This document shows positions 8,382 through 16,334 of a stretch of 21,741 bases of DNA, piece after piece. Where the stretch lies: contig JACOUL010000008.1 of the NCBI GenBank assembly GCA_016177875.1, forward strand, positions 143,432 to 165,172. Reading direction: 5' to 3'. A program made the position numbers and the translations under genes. This stretch comes from Burkholderiales bacterium. GTDB taxonomy: Bacteria > Pseudomonadota > Gammaproteobacteria > Burkholderiales > Burkholderiaceae_D. Within the stretch, counting starts at the first letter, position 1. Each line of letters opens with the position of its first letter. The notes beneath the pieces were generated by a model. That model ran no database searches, was not told where the DNA came from, and worked only from the letters and a program-made list of their open reading frames with translations.

Positions 8382-9053
8382 ATGCGTATCCTGCTTGCCG
8401 AAGACGACACCTTGCTGGGCGATGGCTTAAAAGCCGGCTTGCGCCAGCTTGGGTTTCAAGTCGATTGGGTACGCGACGGCGAGGCGGCGGAGCACGAGTT
8501 GCGCGCACAGGAGTATGCCGCCGTGGTGCTCGATCTGGGTTTGCCGCGTAAGGATGGACTGGCGGTGTTAAAGACGCTGCGCGACGCGCGCAATGCGACG
8601 CCGGTACTGGTGCTGACGGCGCGCGATACCGTGCCGGACCGCATACGAGGACTTGATTTGGGTGCCGACGACTACGTCGTCAAGCCGGTGGATTTGCATG
8701 AGCTTGGCGCGCGCTTACGCGCACTGGTTCGCCGCGCGCACGGCCACGCCCACGAAGAGTTGGCCGCGCAGGATGTGGTGCTCGATCCGGCTGCCCGTTC
8801 GGTGCGCAAGGCCGGCAAGCCGGTGACGCTTTCCACGCGGGAGTTCGATCTGCTGCAGATCCTGATGCTCAACGCCGGGCGCGTGCTTTCTCGCGAACAG
8901 CTGGAACAGCATATCTACGGCTGGGGGCAGGAGGTCGAGAGCAATGCGATCGAAGTGCACGTCCATAATCTGCGGCGCAAGCTCGGCAATGCGCTCATCC
9001 AAACCGTGCGCGGCGTGGGATACATTCTTTTGCGCGACGCGCCGCAATCATGA
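8382..9053 (+). CDS. OmpR/PhoB-family response regulator (PmrA/QseB/TctD-like), cotranscribed with the haem-protein genes.
   Basis: Receiver motifs (LLAEDD, VVLDLGLP with the phospho-Asp, LVLTAR, GADDYVVKP) plus a winged-helix C-terminus (TLSTREFDLLQIL, VRGVGYIL). Only 29 nt after the cytochrome b stop. Confidence 0.9.
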   Translation: MRILLAEDDTLLGDGLKAGLRQLGFQVDWVRDGEAAEHELRAQEYAAVVLDLGLPRKDGLAVLKTLRDARNATPVLVLTARDTVPDRIRGLDLGADDYVVKPVDLHELGARLRALVRRAHGHAHEELAAQDVVLDPAARSVRKAGKPVTLSTREFDLLQILMLNAGRVLSREQLEQHIYGWGQEVESNAIEVHVHNLRRKLGNALIQTVRGVGYILLRDAPQS

Positions 9054-10396
9054 ATAAGCATTCCGGTTCATTGCAAGGACGCCTGCTTGCCTTGGTGCTT
9101 GGCGTGGTGACGATGGTTTGGCTGGCGGTTGCCGCGGCAATTTGGCTTGACGCCCGCCATGAACTCGACGAGCTGTTGGACGCTCATCTGGCCCAGGCGG
9201 CCGCGCTATTGGTGATGCAGTCCGGCCAATTCGAGCATGACGAACACGGCATCGATGCGCCATCATTGCATCGCTATGCGCCGAAAGTGGCGTTCCAAGT
9301 TTTTCATGAAGGGCGCCTGGCATTGCGTTCCGCGAATGCGCCTGCCGAACCCATGATTCGCCGGGGCACGGATTTTCATGCGGGATTCAAGACTGTGCAG
9401 ATCGAAGGCGCAGCGTGGCGCGTGTTCGCAGCGTACGGCGCGGAGCGCGATATCCAGGTGTATGTGGGTGAAAGAACGAGCTCGCGTTCTTCCATTCTGT
9501 GGGCCGTTTTGCGCAGTACATTGTGGCCGATGGCCGTCGCGTTGCCTTTGCTGGCGTTGGCCGTCTGGTGGGCGGTATTTCGCGGCGTGGCGCCGTTACG
9601 AAGGTTGGGCCGCACGCTCGCTGAACGGTTGCCGCAGGATCTGCAGCCGGTCGCAATGGACGATGCGCCATCCGAAATGAGGCCGATGATCGGCGCGCTC
9701 AACATCCTGTTCGGCCGAATCGGTACGCTGCTGGAATCCGAACGCCGCTTCACGGCCGACGCCGCGCATGAACTGCGCACGCCGATTGCCGCCATCCGCG
9801 CGCAGGCACAAGTGGCTTTGGGTGAAACCGATGATGCCGCGCGCCGCCATGCATTGCAATCCACGATAGAAGGGTGCGACCGTGCCACGCGTTTGGTGGA
9901 GCAGTTGTTGACACTCTCGCGCTTGGAAGCCGCCGAAGCGCCGCCGATGACGAGCGTCGATCTGCGCGCATTGGCGCAAGCTGTCGTGGCGGAGATTGTA
10001 CCCAAGGCGATCGCAAAAAATCAGACACTGGAATTTGCCGGGAATGAGGCGTGCCGTATGGCAGGGGATGAAACGCTGTTGATGGTTCTGGTGCGGAATT
10101 TGGTCGACAATGCCGTGCGCTACAGCCCGTCGAGCGCGCGGGTGAGCGTGAATGTTCGACGGGAAAATAATCGGGTCCATTTAAGTGTTGAAGACAGCGG
10201 CCCGGGTATGGCGGAAGCTGATCGTGTAAAGTTGGGCGAAAGATTCTTCAGGGTAACAGGCAGCGGCGAGACCGGCAGCGGCCTGGGTTGGTCTATCGTG
10301 CGCCGCATCGCTTTGGTGCATAAAATGGACCTACAAGTTGAAAAATCGGCAAAGCTGGGCGGCTTGGCGGTGCATATGCAAGTGCACTCCATCTAG
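9050..10396 (+). CDS. QseC/PmrB-like membrane sensor histidine kinase.
   Basis: ATGA start/stop overlap with the response regulator. Two transmembrane segments flank an approximately 120-aa periplasmic domain. H-box (FTADAAHELRTPIAAIRAQAQ), N-box (LVDNAVRY) and G-boxes (EDSGPGM, GSGLGWSIV). Confidence 0.9.
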   Translation: MNKHSGSLQGRLLALVLGVVTMVWLAVAAAIWLDARHELDELLDAHLAQAAALLVMQSGQFEHDEHGIDAPSLHRYAPKVAFQVFHEGRLALRSANAPAEPMIRRGTDFHAGFKTVQIEGAAWRVFAAYGAERDIQVYVGERTSSRSSILWAVLRSTLWPMAVALPLLALAVWWAVFRGVAPLRRLGRTLAERLPQDLQPVAMDDAPSEMRPMIGALNILFGRIGTLLESERRFTADAAHELRTPIAAIRAQAQVALGETDDAARRHALQSTIEGCDRATRLVEQLLTLSRLEAAEAPPMTSVDLRALAQAVVAEIVPKAIAKNQTLEFAGNEACRMAGDETLLMVLVRNLVDNAVRYSPSSARVSVNVRRENNRVHLSVEDSGPGMAEADRVKLGERFFRVTGSGETGSGLGWSIVRRIALVHKMDLQVEKSAKLGGLAVHMQVHSI

Positions 10397-10507
10397 CCGG
10401 ATTGGCAAACTCCTCCAAAAGAACTACCCGTTTTAGGCATTCATGCGAACTGCCTCCGGCGCAGCGGTTCTATACAATGAACTTGACCTTACTGCCTGGA
10501 GTTACGC

Positions 10508-11482
10508 ATGCTCACCGACCGTTTTGGTCGATCGATCCAATATCTGCGGCTGTCCGTGACGGACCGTTGCGACTTGCGTTGCACGTATTGCATGCCGAAA
10601 GGATTCAAGGGCTTCGAGGAACCGGAACATTGGCTGACCTTCGATGAAATTGAGCGCCTGCTGGCCGCTTTTGCGCGCCTGGGTACGTCGCGTATCCGTT
10701 TGACCGGCGGCGAGCCGCTCTTGCGCCGCAATCTGCCGGAGCTTGCCGCGCGTATTTCCGCCTTGCCCGGCATCCGCGATTTGTCCTTGTCGACCAATGC
10801 CACGCGTCTGAACCGTTACGCATATGAATTGCGCGAAGCCGGTGTCGCGCGCATCAACGTCAGCCTCGATTCGCTCGACCGCGCCTGCGTGGAAAACATC
10901 ACCGGCCATGACAGCCTGACCAAAATCATGGATGGCTTGATGGCAGGGAAGACGGCCGGCTTTTCGCCCATCAAGGTCAACATGGTGGTCATGCGCGGCA
11001 CCAATGATCACGAAATCGATGACATGGTGGCGTTTTGTATCGAGCATGGATTTATTTTGCGTCTGATCGAAGCAATGCCGATGGGGGCCACCGGCCGCAA
11101 CACCGAGTATGTCGATCTTGGTCCGGTACAGGCGCGCCTCAAGGAGAAGTTCGATTTGCATCCGCAAGCGGCCGAACTCGGCGGCGGCCCGGCGCGTTAT
11201 TTGGCCACGGCGGACGGCAGCGCCAGCATCGGATTTATCACGGCGATGTCGCAGCATTTTTGCGCGACCTGTAATCGCGTGCGCCTCGCGGTCGACGGCA
11301 CGCTATATTTGTGCCTTGGGCAGGAAGAGAAGTTCGAATTCCGTCCGCTGTTACGCGGCGGCGCAAGCGATATCGAGCTCGAAGACGCGATCCGTGCCGC
11401 CATCGAATTAAAGCCGCAAAAACATGAATTCCGCGAGCAGCCGCAAAAGATCGTGCGCTTTATGTCGCAGACAGGAGGATGA
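10508..11482 (+). CDS. moaA: GTP 3',8-cyclase MoaA (radical-SAM enzyme, first step of molybdopterin biosynthesis).
   Basis: LRLSVTDRCDLRCTYCMP radical-SAM cysteine triad. GGEPLLR. C-terminal second Fe-S cluster cysteines (CATCNRVRL...GTLYLCLG). 324 aa. Confidence 0.9.
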   Translation: MLTDRFGRSIQYLRLSVTDRCDLRCTYCMPKGFKGFEEPEHWLTFDEIERLLAAFARLGTSRIRLTGGEPLLRRNLPELAARISALPGIRDLSLSTNATRLNRYAYELREAGVARINVSLDSLDRACVENITGHDSLTKIMDGLMAGKTAGFSPIKVNMVVMRGTNDHEIDDMVAFCIEHGFILRLIEAMPMGATGRNTEYVDLGPVQARLKEKFDLHPQAAELGGGPARYLATADGSASIGFITAMSQHFCATCNRVRLAVDGTLYLCLGQEEKFEFRPLLRGGASDIELEDAIRAAIELKPQKHEFREQPQKIVRFMSQTGG

Positions 11483-11484
11483 CC

Positions 11485-12147
11485 ATGGAAGCTATCGAAA
11501 AATTCGTTCGCGGTTTTCGGCGCTTCCAGCAGCAATATTTAAGCGAACCTGCCACCTTCGATAGCCTGCGCCAGGGACAGAATCCGGGTACGTTGGTAAT
11601 CGGATGCTGTGATTCACGCGTCGATCCGGTGCTGCTTACCGGCAGCGACCCGGGCGACATGTTCGTCGTGCGCAACATCGCCAACCTGGTGCCGCCTTGT
11701 ACGCCGGATGCGCCGCCCGGCGTGACCTCCGCCATTGAATTTGCAATTTGCGGCTTACAAGTTGCCCGCGTGATTGTTCTCGGCCATGCGCGCTGCGGCG
11801 GCATACGGGCGCTCATGAATCCCCGGCGTCTGGCGGAAGAAACCGATTTCGTCGGCCGCTGGATGCGTATTGCCGAACCCGTGCGGCTAAGCGTCATGCA
11901 GGAATTGCGCGACAAGACGGAAGAGCAGCAGCATAAGGCGTGCGAATTGGCGAGCATCCTGCAGTCGCTCGATAACTTGCTGACCTATCCCTGGATTAAG
12001 CGGCGGGTCGAAGAGGGGACGCTTGTTTTGCATGGATGGTATTTCGACATTGAATCGGGCGCATTGCTGGCATACTCACCCCGCCAGCAAGAATTTCTTC
12101 CCATGGTTTGCCCGCTTGAAGATGAGGCATTCGCCACGGCGGAGTAA
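11485..12147 (+). CDS. Beta-class carbonic anhydrase. Start placed at ATG 11485; the track ATG at 11479 overlaps the moaA stop.
   Basis: Beta-carbonic-anhydrase zinc-ligand motifs (CCDSRVDP and GHARCGG) plus a dimerisation region. AGGAGGA Shine-Dalgarno at 11472-11478, 6 nt before ATG 11485. Confidence 0.85.
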   Translation: MEAIEKFVRGFRRFQQQYLSEPATFDSLRQGQNPGTLVIGCCDSRVDPVLLTGSDPGDMFVVRNIANLVPPCTPDAPPGVTSAIEFAICGLQVARVIVLGHARCGGIRALMNPRRLAEETDFVGRWMRIAEPVRLSVMQELRDKTEEQQHKACELASILQSLDNLLTYPWIKRRVEEGTLVLHGWYFDIESGALLAYSPRQQEFLPMVCPLEDEAFATAE

Positions 12148-12201
12148 AAATTTCGTTGCTGCCATACTCGCCATACCGACATGTCAACTTGAGCGCCGCC
12201 G

Positions 12202-14163
12202 GTGCTCTTATTCAGAAATCTCATGACGCTTAATTCACATTTTCCGGCTCGGCACAAACTATCGACCAAAATCGCCGGCGCGCTGGTGAGCTTCTTGCTG
12301 TTGGCCTTAATCGTCATCGGCGTGACGCTTTTATTGTCTTGGCAGCTGGAAGGCAGTTCGGCGGCGATTAATGAGACGGGTAGCTTGCGCATGCATAGCT
12401 ATCGTTTGACGCTCTTGGTTACCCGCGCAGTCGATAAGCCGGGGCAGCCTAGTTTACGGGCGGCGGCTGAGCAAGAAATGCAGGCGATCGACTCGACTTT
12501 TAATTTGTTGGCGCACAGCGATCCGCAGCGGCCGCTTGCATTGCCGCCCACCGACAGCATTCGCACGACATTTGCCAGCTTATCGAAGCGTTGGCGGTAC
12601 GGAATGCGCCCGCTCGCAGTGGCGTCGCTCGGTGCCGGTACGGAAAGCGCCGCCGCATGGCAGAAGTATCAGGCTGAAGTGGAACGCTTTGTTTTCGATA
12701 TCGACCGCTTGGTGCATGCAATCGAACGCGACAGCGAATGGCGTACCTTTTGGCTGCGTTCGTCGCAACTGGCGTTGGTGGCAATGGCGCTTACCGGCAC
12801 CGTTGCGCTCATCTATTTGATGTTCATGCTGATCGTTGAGCCCGTCACGCGCTTGAGTGAGGGGATGAAGAGTATGGCAGATCAAGATTTGAGCGTGCGT
12901 CTGCCGGTGGAAAGCAAGGATGAATTCGGGCAATTGACGATAGGCTTTAATCAAATGGCCGACCGCTTGCAAGCGCTTTACGACAGTTTGGAAGACCGGG
13001 TGCGCAAAAAAACCGCCGCGCTGGCCGATCAAAATTGCGAGCTTGCGCTCTTGTACGACAGCGCCTCCTTTTTGCAACTGCCGCAATCGCTGGAATCGAT
13101 GTGTGACGGATTTCTTCAGCGCATCCGCACTTATTTCGGTGCCGACGGCAGCTCGGTGCGCGTGCTGGACCCGCGCAACAGCAATTTGCATATGGTGGTC
13201 CATCACGGCATTTCACAGGAACTCGTCGAAACGGAACGTTGCTTGAAAGTGGGCGATTGTCTGTGCGGCGATGCCGTTGCCAAAAAAATTACGGTGATTC
13301 ATGATTTGCGCAAAATGGATGAAGCCCATCATTTGCAGTGTCACCGTGAAGGTTTTGCCACCGTTTCCGTGTTTCATATACACGTGCACAACCAGCATTT
13401 GGGCTTTTTTAATTTGCACTTCCGGACGGCCAAGACATTTAGCGAGCATGAACAAGCCTTGCTCGAAACGCTGGGTCAGTTGCTCGGCATCGCCATTGAA
13501 AATCTGCGTTTGGCGACGCGTGAACGCGAGATGGCGATTTCGGAAGAGCGCAATCTGGTCGCCCAGGGTTTGCACGACAGCATTGCCCAAGGTCTGACTT
13601 TCCTGAATATTCAAGTGCAAATGCTGGAAGATTCTTTGCGTTACGGGCGCGTGGACGAAGCGACCGCCATCGTTCCGGTGTTGCGCGCCGGCGTGCAGGA
13701 GAGTTATGAGGATGTCCGCGAATTATTGCTGAACTTCCGCAGCCGCTTATCCGAGGACGATTTAATCGGCGCGATAAAAGGCACGCTCGACAAGTTCAAA
13801 CGTCAAACCGGCATCGAGGCGGAGTTGATCGCCAAAGGCAATGGCGCGCCCTTCCCGCGCGAGCAACAATTGCAGGTTTTGTTCATTGTGCAGGAAGCGC
13901 TGTCGAATATCCGCAAGCATGCGTTGGCAAGCAAGGTAGAAGTGAAGCTGGACGATAGCCAAGATTTCACGCTGTCGATTTCCGACAATGGTGTCGGCTT
14001 TGATCCTGCGGGGCTGGCGCAGCGCGGCGATAATCATGTTGGTTTGAATATTATGCAAGAGCGTGCGCATCGCATCCATGCGATACTTGACGTTAATTCG
14101 GCGCCGGGCAAGGGCACGACGGTGTTGCTGCGCCTGCTGAGGGAACATCGGCGCGCCGCATAA
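12202..14163 (+). CDS. narX: Nitrate/nitrite sensor histidine kinase NarX. The start is uncertain: GTG 12202 or ATG 12223, neither with a good Shine-Dalgarno.
   Basis: P-box GSLRMHSYRL in the periplasmic domain between two transmembrane helices. HAMP domain. Cysteine-containing central module (CLCGD). HisKA_3 H-box (ERNLVAQGLHDSIAQGL). HATPase (DNGVGFD, GLNIMQERA...GKGTTV). Confidence 0.85.
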   Translation: MLLFRNLMTLNSHFPARHKLSTKIAGALVSFLLLALIVIGVTLLLSWQLEGSSAAINETGSLRMHSYRLTLLVTRAVDKPGQPSLRAAAEQEMQAIDSTFNLLAHSDPQRPLALPPTDSIRTTFASLSKRWRYGMRPLAVASLGAGTESAAAWQKYQAEVERFVFDIDRLVHAIERDSEWRTFWLRSSQLALVAMALTGTVALIYLMFMLIVEPVTRLSEGMKSMADQDLSVRLPVESKDEFGQLTIGFNQMADRLQALYDSLEDRVRKKTAALADQNCELALLYDSASFLQLPQSLESMCDGFLQRIRTYFGADGSSVRVLDPRNSNLHMVVHHGISQELVETERCLKVGDCLCGDAVAKKITVIHDLRKMDEAHHLQCHREGFATVSVFHIHVHNQHLGFFNLHFRTAKTFSEHEQALLETLGQLLGIAIENLRLATREREMAISEERNLVAQGLHDSIAQGLTFLNIQVQMLEDSLRYGRVDEATAIVPVLRAGVQESYEDVRELLLNFRSRLSEDDLIGAIKGTLDKFKRQTGIEAELIAKGNGAPFPREQQLQVLFIVQEALSNIRKHALASKVEVKLDDSQDFTLSISDNGVGFDPAGLAQRGDNHVGLNIMQERAHRIHAILDVNSAPGKGTTVLLRLLREHRRAA

Positions 14164-14186
14164 TAAATGGAACATGAACTTCTTAT

Positions 14187-14870
14187 ATGGACGCATCCAG
14201 ACCGATTAGCGTACTTTTAATTGACGACCACACCCTATTTCGTAGCGGTATCAAGTCCTTATTGCAACGCTATGAAGATTTCACCGTGGTCGGCGAAGCT
14301 TCCGACGGTGTCGAAGGTATTAAACGTGCCCGTCAATTGCAGCCGGATGTGGTGCTGCTCGATTTAAATATGCCTGGTATTTCAGGTCTGGAGACACTGC
14401 AGCTTTTACTGCAGGATTGTCCCGATGCCGCCGTGATCATGCTGACTGTTTCTGAAGAAGCGGAAGATTTGACCACTGCCCTGCAGTCAGGCGCGCGCGG
14501 TTATTTGATTAAGAATATCGATGCCGATTATCTGGTGCGCGCCATCCGCCGTGCCGCTGCCGGCGATTCGGTTCTGGCCGAAGCGATGGCCGGCAAATTG
14601 GTTGCCCATTTGCAGGGCGGCGGTTCGCAAAAGACCGCCGTTCCTTCGGACTTGGATAAGTTGACCCCGCGCGAACGCGAAATCTTGGCATGCCTTGCGC
14701 GCGGCGAAAGCAACAAGATCATCGCGCGAACTCTGGATGTTGCGGAAAGCACCGTAAAAATCCATGTCCAAAATATCTTAAAGAAATTACATCTCACCAG
14801 TCGGGTCCAAGCCGCCGTTTTTGCGGTGGAACATGGCATGGCCGGCACACAAGTTAGCAACGACCGTTAA
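14187..14870 (+). CDS. narL: NarL/FixJ-family nitrate response regulator with a LuxR-type helix-turn-helix.
   Basis: Receiver (LLIDDH, VVLLDLNMPG, IMLTV), LuxR helix-turn-helix (LTPREREILACLARGESNKIIARTLDVAESTVKIHVQNILKKL). 23 nt downstream of narX. Confidence 0.85.
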   Translation: MDASRPISVLLIDDHTLFRSGIKSLLQRYEDFTVVGEASDGVEGIKRARQLQPDVVLLDLNMPGISGLETLQLLLQDCPDAAVIMLTVSEEAEDLTTALQSGARGYLIKNIDADYLVRAIRRAAAGDSVLAEAMAGKLVAHLQGGGSQKTAVPSDLDKLTPREREILACLARGESNKIIARTLDVAESTVKIHVQNILKKLHLTSRVQAAVFAVEHGMAGTQVSNDR

Positions 14871-15022
14871 AATTTTGACAATCGTTCGGGGCCGGCAGTC
14901 CGTTTGCCTGTGCTCTTTGCTGTATTTGTGCAGCGCTCCTGTCCGAATAGCGGTTGTCGCGCTACACTAACCAAAAAATAAAAAGCACATAACGCGAACC
15001 AGCATGGGGGAGAGCCTGCATA

Positions 15023-16231
15023 GTGCTGAAAAAAATCCAAGTAAAACAATTGAAGGTGGGAATGTTCCTGCATGAATTGTGTGGCGCCGGCTGGCTGCAC
15101 AATCCGTTCTGGCGTTCTGCTTTTTTAATTCAAACCCCCAAAGAAATTCAGCAGATTCTTGATTGCGGCGTCCAAGAACTTTGGATCGACACATCAAAAG
15201 GCGTGGACGTCGATAGCCCGGCGGCGCCACCGCCGCAAGCCGCCGCGCCTGCGCCGGCACCAACGCCTCAACCCGCCAAGCCCGAACGCGTGAGCGTCGA
15301 AGCTGAAATGGCGCGCGCCGCCAAAATTTGCGCTGCCGCTAAGCGCGAAGTCACCTTGATGTTCAACGAAGCGCGGCTAGGGCGCGCGCTGAATGTCAGC
15401 AATGCCATGCCTTTGGTGGAAGAAATTTCGCAGTCGGTTTTGCGCAATCCCGATGCTCTAATTGGACTGGCGCGGTTAAAGACCAAGGACGATTACACCT
15501 ATATGCATTCCGTTGCGGTGTGCGCCTTGATGGTGGCGTTGGCGCGCCAGCTCGGGCTCGAAGAGTTGCAGGTGCGCGAAGCGGGTTTTGCCGGTCTTTT
15601 GCACGACATCGGCAAGATGATGATCCCCAATGAAATTCTCAATAAACCCGGTGCGCTGTCGCGCGAGGAATTTCTCGTTATCCAGACCCATCCGGTTGAA
15701 GGCCACAAGCTTTTGCTGGAAGGGCAGGGCGCGACGGATGCGGCGCTGGACGTGGTTTTGCATCATCATGAAAAAGTGGACGGCACCGGCTATCCGGATA
15801 AACTGGCCGGTGACAAGATTACGCTTCTCGCCAGAATGGGCGCAGTATGCGACGTGTACGACGCATTGACGTCGAATCGCGTCTACAAAAACGGCTGGTG
15901 CCCGGCCGAAGCGATACGCAGGATGGCGGAATGGGCGGGGCACTTCGATGACAAGGTGTTCCAGGCGTTCGTCAAGAGCACCGGCATTTATCCGGTCGGC
16001 ACCTTGGTCATGCTTGAGTCGGGGCGCTTAGGCGTGGTGATCGAACAATCCGAAAAATCGCTTTTGACGCCGCGCGTCAAAGTGTTTTTCTCGACCAAAT
16101 CCAAGACCTACATCACGCCGGAAATTATCAATATGGCCGGCCCCGGTAAAGTCGACAAGATCGTTGGCCGCGAAGACGCCGCCAAGTGGGGGTTAAAAAA
16201 CGTTAACGAATTTTGGACCGGCGGCCGTTGA
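15023..16231 (+). CDS. HD-GYP-domain c-di-GMP phosphodiesterase with an N-terminal DUF3391-like domain and a Pro/Ala-rich linker. GTG start.
   Basis: HDIGKMMIP...HHHEKVDGTGYPDKL (HD...HHxE/K..GxGYP signature). N-terminal VKQLKVGMFLHELCGAGWLHNPFW is DUF3391-like. Low-complexity PAAPPPQAAAPAPAPTPQPAKPE linker. GGGGAGAG Shine-Dalgarno about 9 nt upstream of GTG 15023. Confidence 0.8.
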   Translation: MLKKIQVKQLKVGMFLHELCGAGWLHNPFWRSAFLIQTPKEIQQILDCGVQELWIDTSKGVDVDSPAAPPPQAAAPAPAPTPQPAKPERVSVEAEMARAAKICAAAKREVTLMFNEARLGRALNVSNAMPLVEEISQSVLRNPDALIGLARLKTKDDYTYMHSVAVCALMVALARQLGLEELQVREAGFAGLLHDIGKMMIPNEILNKPGALSREEFLVIQTHPVEGHKLLLEGQGATDAALDVVLHHHEKVDGTGYPDKLAGDKITLLARMGAVCDVYDALTSNRVYKNGWCPAEAIRRMAEWAGHFDDKVFQAFVKSTGIYPVGTLVMLESGRLGVVIEQSEKSLLTPRVKVFFSTKSKTYITPEIINMAGPGKVDKIVGREDAAKWGLKNVNEFWTGGR

Positions 16232-16262
16232 TCGTTAAATTTTTCCCGTCGCCCGGAAAAAA

Positions 16263-16276
16263 TTGATTCATATCAT
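16263..16276 (+). promoter_or_regulatory. FNR/DNR/NNR-type box TTGAT-tcat-ATCAT (9/10 to TTGAT-N4-ATCAA) upstream of nnrS, with a TACCAT -10 candidate at 16299-16304 (class-II spacing).
   Basis: Read directly from the sequence. The box centre lies about 41.5 nt upstream of the predicted transcription start if the -10 element is TACCAT. nnrS genes are typically NNR/DNR/NsrR-controlled. Confidence 0.5.
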
Positions 16277-16334
16277 GTGAGTTTGGCGTTCCATTTTTTA
16301 CCATGGGAGCATCCAAATCTCTCTTAAGCTTCCC

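Noticed and set aside
10397-10507. Possible Moco riboswitch in the 111-nt leader upstream of moaA
   Set aside because: The region is shorter than typical Moco RNA elements, and I could not recognise the conserved Moco-motif stems by eye. This needs a covariance-model search (Rfam RF01055), so it is not claimed.
10502-11257. 251-aa minus-strand ORF antisense to moaA
   Set aside because: It is the shadow ORF of moaA, and the Arg/Ala/Gly-rich translation has no motifs.
12580-13206. 208-aa minus-strand ORF antisense to narX
   Set aside because: It is a shadow ORF inside narX; the plus-strand frame carries unmistakable NarX motifs.
14871-15022. Perfect -35 hexamer TTGACA at 14875-14880 after narL
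   Set aside because: There is no acceptable -10 hexamer at a 16-19 bp spacing, so it is not a convincing promoter by itself. It is left as a possible weak signal only.
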